A DNA stretch of 64,000 nt from positions 14,783-78,782 of the IMG/VR virus record IMGVR_UViG_3300045135_002262. One strand, 5' to 3'. The stretch's first letter is position 1; every line of letters begins with the position of its first letter. Made by a program: the position numbers and the translations under genes. Below the pieces are notes generated by a model that was not told the DNA's origin, did not search any database, and saw only the letters and a program-made list of their open reading frames with translations. This document shows, one piece after another, positions 1 to 8,136 of the stretch. The stretch is from a virus.

Positions 1-446
1 GCATTAATAGCTCGTTTTCTTAATTGTAAATAATCACAACTCCCAAAACATTTAAGTTTTTCAGCCTGATCATAACCGATACCTCGTAGTTTACAGTCAG
101 CTAGGCTAAATTTAAGACCATTGATATTACATGTGTAATTATCAACACCTTTAATACTCGGCCATGGAATACTAAGTCTTTTTAGATCAGACTCATATTG
201 ATCTTGAAGCATTAGATCACTTGTAACCATGTAACCAGTCTTACCAAGTTCTGTTAGAACATACGAAGACCACATGGCTATTAATGATTTACCAGATCCT
301 GTAGGAGCATCTACAACTATTGTTGCATTTGGATCTTGAAGATACGTTTCACAAATATTCTCAACAACCTCTCTTTGATGCTTTCTAAATTGAAAGTCCT
401 GACCGAAAACATTATTAGCTAATGCCTTATCGATAATATTAGAAAT
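1..446 (-). CDS. DinG/XPD-family Fe-S DNA helicase, N-terminal part (runs off window; start codon uncertain)
   Basis: Manual translation ISNIIDKALANNVFGQDFQFRKHQREVVENICETYLQDPNATIVVDAPTGSGKS...LQDQY...KGVDNYTC...DC...CFGSCDY: Q-motif, Walker A and Cys cluster. Not in the ORF track. Confidence 0.8.
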   Translation of the reverse strand, partial: MSNIIDKALANNVFGQDFQFRKHQREVVENICETYLQDPNATIVVDAPTGSGKSLIAMWSSYVLTELGKTGYMVTSDLMLQDQYESDLKRLSIPWPSIKGVDNYTCNINGLKFSLADCKLRGIGYDQAEKLKCFGSCDYLQLRKRAIN

Positions 447-1110
447 TTGTGTCTTGATCTTCTTTATATTTTTGGTGATATTCTACGATTTTCTCAACTG
501 CCTCTTCTGCAGTATCTACAACTCTAAATAGATCAAAGTCTTTTTGGCTGATTGCGCCATTGGTCCATAATGTATTTTGCATCCAGTCAATAAGTCCTTG
601 CCAGTATTTTTTACCAAAAAGAACAATTGGATATTTAATGTTATGTCCACACTGTGCAAGAGTAAGTGCCTCAAATAACTCATCTAAGGTGCCTAGCCCG
701 CCTGGAAAGATTACGAATCCTTGAGAATATTTGAGGAACATTACCTTGCGTGTAAAGAAATATCTGTTTTCAACTCCAACATTAATATATGGGTTCATAC
801 TGGCTTCAAATGGAAGTTCAATGCCCACACCAACTGATGTGCCACCTTCTTCTTCATATGCACCTTTATTTGCAGCTTCCATAATACCTGGACCGCCACC
901 AGTCATAACTCCAAATCCAGCCTGCGCTAATAACTGTCCAACCTTTTCAGCTTCAAAATAATATGGATTATCTTTTTTAGTTCTCGCTGATCCAAATACC
1001 GAAACACACGGTTGCAAATCATTGAATGTATCAAAGCCCTTTGCAAACTCTCCTTGTATTCTAATAATTTGCCAAGAATCCTCAACTTTACGTAATTGTT
1101 TCTTATCCAT
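439..1110 (-). CDS. LOG-family nucleotide phosphoribohydrolase (TIGR00730 type)
   Basis: VSVFGSAR, TGGGPGIMEA, FFTRKVMF, PGGLGTLDE motifs. Confidence 0.92.
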   Translation of the reverse strand: MDKKQLRKVEDSWQIIRIQGEFAKGFDTFNDLQPCVSVFGSARTKKDNPYYFEAEKVGQLLAQAGFGVMTGGGPGIMEAANKGAYEEEGGTSVGVGIELPFEASMNPYINVGVENRYFFTRKVMFLKYSQGFVIFPGGLGTLDELFEALTLAQCGHNIKYPIVLFGKKYWQGLIDWMQNTLWTNGAISQKDFDLFRVVDTAEEAVEKIVEYHQKYKEDQDTNF

Positions 1111-1352
1111 TATAATGTATTTTGTACGTTATTTACTTCTAAAACTATTAAGAGTTTATCATAAACCACATCTGCTTTTTCTTCATAGAATAAACCAGTC
1201 GATCGATCTGATACATGTAATTTTAGATCATATTTTGAATCTAAATACTGCCCAAATCTAAGATCATCTTTATTGCGATCACCTAAGTTTTCAAGCGTCC
1301 ATTGTAGATATTCTAAGTTTAGTCTTTCTGGTGTGAGCTGCAAATTACGCAT
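1110..1352 (-). CDS. hypothetical protein
   Basis: ORF translationally coupled to neighbours; LRFGQY motif common in phage hypotheticals. Confidence 0.6.
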   Translation of the reverse strand: MRNLQLTPERLNLEYLQWTLENLGDRNKDDLRFGQYLDSKYDLKLHVSDRSTGLFYEEKADVVYDKLLIVLEVNNVQNTL

Positions 1353-2097
1353 TATACATTTCTTTAAATTGATTTAATCTTCTTACAAACTCTGAGAAAT
1401 AGAATTTAATATCTTTAGCACTTAATGTAAACTTTTGTGGAATTGCATCCACTTCATTTGCAATCCAGATCTCGACACCGTGTGGCTTGATACCAGTTCT
1501 TTCCCAATAAGCGATAAAGTAAGCGGAGCCTTGTACAAAATAGTCTTGGATCCATTCTTCTCTCTTCGGCTTTCTACTATTCTTATAATCAATCACCTTG
1601 ATTTTGTTTCCAGCCATTTTAGAAATATTATCTACAGTGCCGGCATAACCAACCTTAGACCACAAGAATGTTTCTGCTTCTAAGACTTCTTCAACCTCAT
1701 CAAAGAATTGGCTAGAATTCATATAGAATTTCATGAACATCTTCCAACCCTCTTCTAACCAAGTTGGGCCATTCTCATCTCCAGAATATTGATTGACTTC
1801 TTCGTCTGTCTTTGCAAGTTCTTTTAACGCTTCAAGCTTTTCAGTCTTATCACCTGGCAGTGGCTTATACAACTCAATTAGTCTGTGCATAATTGTACCG
1901 CGGTTCATTGAAAGTTCAGAGATACGTTTAGCTTCAGCTTCACCGACTCTCTTTTTCCATTTCTCTAAACCAGACTTATCGCTAGTTTGCCCTAAAACTG
2001 TAGTAATAGAAGGGAATGTGCCTAAGACTTTCCCGTTTTCAGTAACTTGATAGTGTCTTAAGCCATGTTTTTGAACACGCTTAATTTGATATGACAT
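1345..2097 (-). CDS. PD-(D/E)XK exonuclease (Cas4/RecB-like phage exonuclease)
   Basis: PSITTVL, RGT-x-H, YAGTVD...IDYKNS, Q-x-x-AY motifs; start at ATG 2097 coupled (TAATG) to upstream stop. Confidence 0.85.
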   Translation of the reverse strand: MSYQIKRVQKHGLRHYQVTENGKVLGTFPSITTVLGQTSDKSGLEKWKKRVGEAEAKRISELSMNRGTIMHRLIELYKPLPGDKTEKLEALKELAKTDEEVNQYSGDENGPTWLEEGWKMFMKFYMNSSQFFDEVEEVLEAETFLWSKVGYAGTVDNISKMAGNKIKVIDYKNSRKPKREEWIQDYFVQGSAYFIAYWERTGIKPHGVEIWIANEVDAIPQKFTLSAKDIKFYFSEFVRRLNQFKEMYNA

Positions 2098-2516
2098 TAA
2101 ATAAATGTAGTTATAGCCCAAACAATTCCGGCTACAGAACCTGCAAAAGCTAAATTAGCAAAAAAGTTAGGTAATCTAAAGTAATCATTATCCGGGTATA
2201 ACGTCAATAAGTAAGATCGATCGCTTACCTTTTCAAGTGTTGGATAAGATTCATTAGAAATACCGTGTTTCATTAGAATCTTACTAATAGGTTCTAATGA
2301 TTGAAACACCATTGATTGTTGTACTAAATCAGGTTGTTGCATTGCCTCTTCTTTAAGATTCAATACAGTATAAATACGACCAATCCAATCCACTCTTAAA
2401 CCTTCTTCAAGAAGTTCAGCTTCAATAGATTTAGTAACCCTGTAATACTTATAGGTATAATAGCCTTCTTTTACAAAGCGTGGCCAATACAATAAAGCAT
2501 TTTTAAGTAGTCCCAT
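2097..2516 (-). CDS. hypothetical protein with C-terminal TM helix
   Basis: Coupled ORF, hydrophobic C-terminus. Confidence 0.65.
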   Translation of the reverse strand: MGLLKNALLYWPRFVKEGYYTYKYYRVTKSIEAELLEEGLRVDWIGRIYTVLNLKEEAMQQPDLVQQSMVFQSLEPISKILMKHGISNESYPTLEKVSDRSYLLTLYPDNDYFRLPNFFANLAFAGSVAGIVWAITTFI

Positions 2517-3376
2517 TATCCTTTATTTAATTTAATAACTGCTCGACCTTCTTGGCCTTCCCAATCTCTGTCATCTCTAACTCGAAGATTTGTTTGCCAA
2601 GTAGCATCTAATACAGGTGTGTTAATAGTTTCCTGACTAGCTATATATCTTAATGCCGTAAGATCCTTCGGGAAACAGTGTCCACCAAAGCCTCTAAATC
2701 CATCAGGTCCTGGCACCATCCAGTGTGAATTACCAAGCCTTGTATCTAACTTAGCTAACTCAACTGCAGTATCATAATCAATACGTAATTGCTCGCAGAT
2801 ATCATAGATCTCATTTGCATAACTTACCTTTACTGATAAGAATGTATTTGTAATGTACTTACACATTTCAGCTTCAGCAGTTCTAACTTTATATACAGGC
2901 ACATTAGGGAATGCAGTCTTAAACATATCTACAACGTTAGTTACATCCACATCAAAACTATGTCCGATTACAATTCTATTTTGATTCTTAAAATCATTAA
3001 TTGCATTTGCCTCCGTCAAGAATTCTGGATTAAAGATAACGTTACAGTATTTAGTAGAGTTATCTAAATTTTGTGTAGTTCCAGGTGGCACTGTAGACTT
3101 AATAATCAATGTTGGTACATTACCAGCATCATCTACAAGTTCATCAATTTGTTGTACTACTGATTCTACAATACCAGTATGTGCAACACCAGTATCCACA
3201 TCCATAGGAGTTGGCACACAAACAAAAATAATCTCTGAATGTTTTACCAAAGTTTCTAAATTCATTGTAGATAACTCAGGCTTGTACTTATCATAAGTAT
3301 GAATTGTATGATATTCTTTAAGACCTTCTCTTACTGCAGAGCCAACGAAACCTTGACCAACAATGCCTATTTCCAT
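2516..3376 (-). CDS. UDP-glucose/GDP-mannose dehydrogenase family protein (short form lacking the C-terminal UDP-binding domain)
   Basis: IGIVGQGFVG Rossmann, FVCVPTP, KSTVPPG, FNPEFL, AEMCKY, GFGGHCFPKD. Confidence 0.9.
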   Translation of the reverse strand: MEIGIVGQGFVGSAVREGLKEYHTIHTYDKYKPELSTMNLETLVKHSEIIFVCVPTPMDVDTGVAHTGIVESVVQQIDELVDDAGNVPTLIIKSTVPPGTTQNLDNSTKYCNVIFNPEFLTEANAINDFKNQNRIVIGHSFDVDVTNVVDMFKTAFPNVPVYKVRTAEAEMCKYITNTFLSVKVSYANEIYDICEQLRIDYDTAVELAKLDTRLGNSHWMVPGPDGFRGFGGHCFPKDLTALRYIASQETINTPVLDATWQTNLRVRDDRDWEGQEGRAVIKLNKG

Positions 3377-3401
3377 GTATATGTGATTTAAATTTATAGA
3401 G

Positions 3402-3430
3402 ATTATATCAAGCAATTAAGCTTTGTTTCA
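3402..3430 (-). promoter_or_regulatory. class II (middle-like) promoter TGAAAC-N17-TATAAT
   Basis: Same bipartite motif recurs at ~11 intergenic sites upstream of minus-strand genes. Confidence 0.7.
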
Positions 3431-3718
3431 TTACATACAGTGTCTAAATATGTAAATACCATAACCTACTAAAAGGTTAAAGTTAATAGCTACAAGATTC
3501 CATTGTTTAGCAATCCAGACTTGAGGAACTGATAGAACTGCACCTATTAAATACGTGTATGCTCCTAAGTCATCATACTGTAATAGGTACGGTGAAATCA
3601 TAATAAAGCCAGTGCCCATATATCCAGCACGGTTTGCCATTCTTTCAACTGGTGAAAGTTTCTTATCCATTACAAATCTAGATAAGAATTTGTTTAGTTT
3701 TTTATATCTTTTTGTCAT
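3431..3718 (-). CDS. small membrane protein
   Basis: Three hydrophobic segments; start moved downstream of the hairpin at 3733-3790. Confidence 0.6.
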   Translation of the reverse strand: MTKRYKKLNKFLSRFVMDKKLSPVERMANRAGYMGTGFIMISPYLLQYDDLGAYTYLIGAVLSVPQVWIAKQWNLVAINFNLLVGYGIYIFRHCM

Positions 3719-3732
3719 AATCATAAAATAAA

Positions 3733-3985
3733 GAAACGGGTCTACCGACAGACGGGGGCCCAAAATATCGGCTAGATACAGACCCGTTTCATAAAAGATG
3801 AGCCCGAACTAGAGCTCCTAATGTTGCTCATCGTCGGGCTCCGCTTGCCTGGCAGTCATGCCGTTACAGCCTTCCAAGCTGAAAATCTTTTGGGACTTAG
3901 AACATGAGTCTTACGTTGCCGTTTGCGCGCTTGGCTGATTGCTCTGATCATAGTCCCTAGGTCGATATGCGCACATATCCCCTTC
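3733..3985 (-). ncRNA. structured RNA(s) 3' of tRNA-Gly, unknown family
   Basis: Stems 3964-69/3974-79, 3892-97/3952-57, 3800-07/3834-41, 3733-43/3780-90; GC-rich; G-U pairs consistent with minus strand. Confidence 0.6.
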
Positions 3986-3986
3986 G

Positions 3987-4060
3987 AGCGAATGACCGGG
4001 TTCGAACCGGCGAACCTCCTGCTTGGCAAGCAGGCGCTCTACCAACTGAGCTACATTCGC
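3987..4060 (-). tRNA. tRNA-Gly(GCC)
   Basis: GCGAATGTAGCTCAGTTGGTAGAGC...TTGCCAA...GGTTCGAACCC...CATTCGCT. Confidence 0.95.
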
Positions 4061-4066
4061 TTGTTG

Positions 4067-4140
4067 TGGAGAATATCGGAGTCGAACCGATGACCTCCTG
4101 CGTGCAAGGCAGGCGCTCTAGCCAGCTGAGCTAATTCCCC
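4067..4140 (-). tRNA. tRNA-Ala(TGC)
   Basis: GGGGAATTAGCTCAG...TTGCACG...GGTTCGACTCC...TTCTCCA, G3-U70. Confidence 0.95.
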
Positions 4141-4143
4141 ATC

Positions 4144-4256
4144 ACCAATCTTATTTTGAGTCTCGATTGGTAAAGACTTTAACGGATTCAATTCCGTTGT
4201 CATTGACTCCACCTTGTTTTGCAGAGACAAGGAACTCTGAGCACCTGACTGCGCTC
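4144..4256 (-). ncRNA. four-hairpin structured RNA/leader 5' of tRNA-Ala
   Basis: Stems GAGCGC/GTGCTC, CCTTGT/ACAAGG, AACGGA/TCCGTT, ACCAATC/GATTGGT, directly downstream of the GATATATA motif at 4261-4268. Confidence 0.5.
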
Positions 4257-4260
4257 GAAT

Positions 4261-4268
4261 TATATATC
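4261..4268 (-). promoter_or_regulatory. class III (late-like) promoter motif GATATATA
   Basis: Same octamer precedes capsid, protease, sheath, terminase and tape measure genes. Confidence 0.6.
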
Positions 4269-4270
4269 TT

Positions 4271-4450
4271 TTAAGCTTTATTAGCCTCTGATACTGCAAC
4301 TCTTACATCTTGTGCAAGTGCTTTTACAGCTTGCATTGCTTTACGTACTCTTGTACCTGCAGCTTTGTTGCCTTTAGTGTCAAATTTCTCAGCATCAGTT
4401 CTTGTTTCTGCTAAAACTTCTTCTAGTTGTGTAATTAAATCTTGAATCAT
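4271..4450 (-). CDS. histone H1-like protein (Hc1 family, Bacteroidota type), 59 aa
   Basis: Manual translation MIQDLITQLEEVLAETRTDAEKFDTKGNKAAGTRVRKAMQAVKALAQDVR...; KGNKAAGTRxRK signature; below the ORF-track cutoff. Confidence 0.88.
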   Translation of the reverse strand: MIQDLITQLEEVLAETRTDAEKFDTKGNKAAGTRVRKAMQAVKALAQDVRVAVSEANKA

Positions 4451-4482
4451 AATTTTTAATTTATTTATGTTATTTATACTTC

Positions 4483-5088
4483 TTACTTTTTTATTGTTTC
4501 AATCACTTTTAAAAATTCTTCAATATTTCTTGAGAATAAAAGATCTTGATGTTGTTGTAATGTTTCAACTGGTAATTCCCACCATTTGCTCTCTTTAAGT
4601 CTTGCTATTGTTGTATTATCAAATCTTTTTCTGATCTCTTTCATTGGAGTACCGCCAACAATTGTATAAGGTTCTACGTCTTTAGAAACTACGGTCCCGG
4701 CTGCAATTACAGCTCCATCACCAATCTTTACGCCACTCATAATAATACAATCCATTCCAAGCCAAACATCATTACCAATAATAATATCGCCATTTGATAA
4801 AAGGCCTTCAGTATCTTCTTCAATCCACGGATTTAAGAATGTAGTTACTCTTTGCCAGTCGTGGTTACCGCTTAATAAAAATCTGCAGCCTGATGCAACC
4901 GATACAAAATGCCCTATTTCTACTTTACGGTTATATCTGTGTTTTGGCTCTGTATGAATAGTTGGATTGCTGTGGTGTTTTGGTGAATCGACTGTAATTC
5001 TAACATGTTGTGCATTAGAACGCACCAAAGCGTCTTTATCTCCTCTTAAACATAAACCGAATTGACCCTTTAAATCACCTACTAACAT
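4483..5088 (-). CDS. CatB/Vat-related hexapeptide-repeat O-acetyltransferase
   Basis: GDIIIGNDVWLG...GVKIGDGAVIAAGTVVSKDVEPYTIVGG...RKRF...KWW. Confidence 0.88.
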   Translation of the reverse strand: MLVGDLKGQFGLCLRGDKDALVRSNAQHVRITVDSPKHHSNPTIHTEPKHRYNRKVEIGHFVSVASGCRFLLSGNHDWQRVTTFLNPWIEEDTEGLLSNGDIIIGNDVWLGMDCIIMSGVKIGDGAVIAAGTVVSKDVEPYTIVGGTPMKEIRKRFDNTTIARLKESKWWELPVETLQQHQDLLFSRNIEEFLKVIETIKK

Positions 5089-5294
5089 TATTTCTTTTTC
5101 TTTTTAGGTTTTGGTTCTTGGTGTACATCAATATACGTATCAGTATCTTTTAAACACTTTTTACAATACGGTGCTCTGTAAATACCACTACCTGGATTTG
5201 ATCTATGCATTTCACGGTTTACCCAATAAACGTCGCTATACGCCACATCGTCTAAACAGTTACTACATACTAATGTTTTTTTACTCTTGGCCAT
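5088..5294 (-). CDS. small zinc-finger protein
   Basis: CSNC...CKKC. Confidence 0.6.
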   Translation of the reverse strand: MAKSKKTLVCSNCLDDVAYSDVYWVNREMHRSNPGSGIYRAPYCKKCLKDTDTYIDVHQEPKPKKKKK

Positions 5295-5970
5295 CTAAAA
5301 ATTGTTGCATTTTGGTTAAGTCCATTCTAAGATCTTTAGGAAAGTGATCCGGTGCTTCACATGGCTCAACTTTATCATTTGTTTGAAGCGCTAATTCATA
5401 TACTGATTTATCATCAGTCCCAATATTATATAATCCAGTTGCACCATATCTAATTAAATCTACAAATATTTCTGCTAATGCATCTGGATAATCAAAGTTC
5501 CCTATAACGTCCGTAAATCCTTTGTCATATGGAAATGGATCAGGTTTTTGGCTACCACGGCAAATCAAATAATCATTACAATGCTTCATGATATATTCAT
5601 CAGCTAATAATTTTGAGATTGCGTATGCAGTCTTTTGTGGCTTAGCCTTAAATGTTTCTTTAGCCGGATGCTTTGAATGGATATACACATAATCAGTTGA
5701 ATAGTGAATCAACTTAATGTTTTTCTTATTGCAAAAATCAACTAAAGATTGCACAGCTCTATAATTTACATCAAAGATTGCATCCCAATTATCACTATAA
5801 GTATCTGTGTTTGCAATTAGATTAATTATCTCAGTTGTGCCTAATGGAATATGTTGCTGCCAATTTGTTTTGGTTAAATCAATTCCATCCTTTGAGCGTG
5901 AAATATAATGCCAACCGGTTTGACCGATTACAGCAGTACCTAAAAGACCATCTCCTAAAATTACTCGCAT
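5281..5970 (-). CDS. RmlD-like (dTDP-4-dehydrorhamnose reductase family) SDR protein
   Basis: ILGDGLLG, LIHYSTDYVY, YAISK motif. Confidence 0.8.
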   Translation of the reverse strand: MRVILGDGLLGTAVIGQTGWHYISRSKDGIDLTKTNWQQHIPLGTTEIINLIANTDTYSDNWDAIFDVNYRAVQSLVDFCNKKNIKLIHYSTDYVYIHSKHPAKETFKAKPQKTAYAISKLLADEYIMKHCNDYLICRGSQKPDPFPYDKGFTDVIGNFDYPDALAEIFVDLIRYGATGLYNIGTDDKSVYELALQTNDKVEPCEAPDHFPKDLRMDLTKMQQFLDGQE

Positions 5971-6158
5971 CCTTCTAATGTTACGTTAACGATTGAATTA
6001 TCTTTTGATGTGATATGTTTAATATAAGCGCTTGGATTCTTAATATTGTCGTATTTTACAACATGGGTTTCATAATGTACAACTACCGTACAACCGCCCG
6101 GTACATTTGATAGTGGATTGTGTCTCCAACCACCTGTAGGTTCATAAACTTTTTTCAT
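5961..6158 (-). CDS. hypothetical protein
   Basis: Coupled ORF. Confidence 0.55.
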   Translation of the reverse strand: MKKVYEPTGGWRHNPLSNVPGGCTVVVHYETHVVKYDNIKNPSAYIKHITSKDNSIVNVTLEGCE

Positions 6159-6159
6159 A

Positions 6160-6702
6160 TTAGAATAACCATTTAGTTAATTTACTATTTAATTTCTTTA
6201 AAAATTCAGGTCTTCCTATTTTAGAAACACCTTTATAATTATATTGAATAATTTTAGTTTGGTTAAATAACTTTGAGATTATAAATTTAAATCTAAACCA
6301 AATTGGATTAAATCTATAATAATCCCCTTTATGAAAAACATAAACATACAGATTTTTTCTATCAAATCTTGATCTTAATGTTTTATTTTTATAATTATAT
6401 GCAAACCCTTCTTTAACCACAAGTTCTAAAAAGCCTTGCAACATATTAGATACACCACCTAAATGCGCAGAAGTTATAATATGCACTTCGGTTGCTGTTT
6501 TTAAGCAATGCATATAAGATCTTGTCAAACTATCTGGCTTTGATCTTGAATCAGCACTTGCGTCATAGGAGTCCTTATACAAATCAATAAGCATATATTT
6601 GTTATCAGATTTAAGATACTTATATCTGACAGTCGGTAATACAGATTTATGATTTATACCAGACTTATGAGAATCCGCTATAATTATAAGAGCATTACGC
6701 AT
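6160..6702 (-). CDS. divergent flavodoxin-like NAD(P)H oxidoreductase
   Basis: ALIIIA..S.NH, IDLYK..YD, MLQGFLELVVKEGFAYNY resembles the Flavodoxin_2 family. Confidence 0.5.
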   Translation of the reverse strand: MRNALIIIADSHKSGINHKSVLPTVRYKYLKSDNKYMLIDLYKDSYDASADSRSKPDSLTRSYMHCLKTATEVHIITSAHLGGVSNMLQGFLELVVKEGFAYNYKNKTLRSRFDRKNLYVYVFHKGDYYRFNPIWFRFKFIISKLFNQTKIIQYNYKGVSKIGRPEFLKKLNSKLTKWLF

Positions 6703-7072
6703 AAGCTAGTTGACGTGTTGCATTTCTTTGCTTCACCGTGTTTCTATAACTTACAATTGCTCTTGCAGCACAATCAACTCTTTTATCATGCGTATCTAAC
6801 ATAATTCTAGTTCTTTCAGTCCAACTAGATGTGTGGCCGTTTTCAAAAACATGTACTCGATTTCTAGAAGTTGTTGGGTTTAGTTGATAAATACACTCAT
6901 CAGACCAACGGCCGTTCCATAATTTTTTACGTCCAAAAGATCTGCGAACATATCCGTTTTCATATAACATGTAATACACGCTTGTTTGTGGATCGAAATA
7001 ACAGATTGTACCATTATCTGCCTGTCGTTGAGAAGTAATCTCAATGCACTTTAGAGTTTCTAATTTGTTCAT
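6695..7072 (-). CDS. hypothetical protein
   Basis: ORF in operon context. Confidence 0.6.
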   Translation of the reverse strand: MNKLETLKCIEITSQRQADNGTICYFDPQTSVYYMLYENGYVRRSFGRKKLWNGRWSDECIYQLNPTTSRNRVHVFENGHTSSWTERTRIMLDTHDKRVDCAARAIVSYRNTVKQRNATRQLAYA

Positions 7073-7090
7073 GATATTGAATTTATATGG

Positions 7091-7540
7091 CTAATTAGCC
7101 ATCCAGTTTCTAAAATTAGCTTGTACGATCTTCCAGCCCAAATCTTGTGCTTTCATAGATTTATGCAACGCGTTCATCATATCTTCGCTATAGGCTTCAT
7201 TGATTTGTTCATTGTGTTCACTGTCAAATGCACCATCCCACCAAATCATTATAGAGATATTATCATCTTCTTCGGACTCTATAACTTTTGATCCGCCATA
7301 ATTACGCTCATACATTTCATCTATCTCTGAAATATATGCAGCTTCATGACCTTTTTTAATTAATTGAGAAGCTAATCTAGCTCTAGACGCTAATACGGTC
7401 TGTCCACTAGATTGAAGTCTTTCAGCCTTTTTATCTAAGGACTGAACAAATGCATAGACGTTTTTCTCAAAAGGATCCCTATTGATTCTCCTTTTGATCG
7501 TCTGCAAAATTCCAACTATCTTCCCAATAAATGAATTCAT
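7091..7540 (-). CDS. hypothetical protein
   Basis: Coupled ORF; weak resemblance to 21339-21824 (WD-x-A-x-D-x-EHN-x-x-IN). Confidence 0.6.
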   Translation of the reverse strand: MNSFIGKIVGILQTIKRRINRDPFEKNVYAFVQSLDKKAERLQSSGQTVLASRARLASQLIKKGHEAAYISEIDEMYERNYGGSKVIESEEDDNISIMIWWDGAFDSEHNEQINEAYSEDMMNALHKSMKAQDLGWKIVQANFRNWMAN

Positions 7541-7761
7541 TAGTCTTCTTCGATTTTTGAGTATTTGTACTTTTTAATGTATGTATTAATGGCTCTTCCT
7601 TGTGACTCTGCGTCGCGAAAAGCGACATAATCTTCTTCTTCAACTCCGTAATAAACATAGCTAGCATGATTAAAATTCACTTCTAATGATTTAGTTTCAT
7701 AAGTATATTTAGATGAAACTACAGTCGATGAATTATATGTATTAGTTTGTATTAATATCAT
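7540..7761 (-). CDS. KTSC-domain protein
   Basis: SSTV...Y...TKSLEVNF...YVYYGV...AF..AESQGR.IN.YIK. Confidence 0.85.
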   Translation of the reverse strand: MILIQTNTYNSSTVVSSKYTYETKSLEVNFNHASYVYYGVEEEDYVAFRDAESQGRAINTYIKKYKYSKIEED

Positions 7762-8078
7762 TACCCGATTACAGTGTTAACTAAATTCTTAAGATTATCT
7801 GGTTTACTTCCGATTTCTTTTGCAACAACTTCACCGTTTACAAAGCCAACAAATGTTGGAAGGTTTTGAATAGTAGTTAAAGATCTTGATTCTTGGAATT
7901 GCTCAACATCAACATACACGAATGTTACGTTTTCAGTCTCTTCGGCATGTTTTTTAACTCTTGGCTTCATGACCTTACATGCACCACACCAAGTTGCGCC
8001 ATACTGCACAACTACTCTTTCATTCTCGTTAACGATATCGGCTAGGTTGTCTTCTGATAATTCTAGAAGTGTACTCAT
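7761..8078 (-). CDS. thioredoxin
   Basis: ATWCGAC, LPTF. Confidence 0.9.
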   Translation of the reverse strand: MSTLLELSEDNLADIVNENERVVVQYGATWCGACKVMKPRVKKHAEETENVTFVYVDVEQFQESRSLTTIQNLPTFVGFVNGEVVAKEIGSKPDNLKNLVNTVIG

Positions 8079-8136
8079 TTAAATATATGATTTTAATTAA
8101 TAACTATGTAATTTATACCTGAATAAGTATAAAAGT

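Noticed and set aside
1345-2097. Cas4 as evidence of a CRISPR system
   Set aside because: Solo PD-(D/E)XK exonuclease lacking the Cas4 Cys cluster; no other cas genes or array.
3897-3982. tmRNA-like start (GGGGATATG...TCGAC) and short tag-like ORF GCA AAC GGC AAC...TAA (ANGNVRLMF)
   Set aside because: No T-arm or acceptor 3' end (GGTTCGA...CCA) downstream and the tag lacks the ALAA-type terminus; kept only as an unknown structured RNA.
4051-4299. ORF-track entries overlapping tRNA genes (also 9587-9796, 9922-10107, 10034-10363, 14529-14947)
   Set aside because: Shadow ORFs over tRNA or structured RNA sequence with no protein features.
4483-5088. Antibiotic resistance gene (catB/vat)
   Set aside because: The hexapeptide fold alone does not imply resistance; the context (RmlD-like, UDP-sugar dehydrogenase) favours a sugar O-acetyltransferase.
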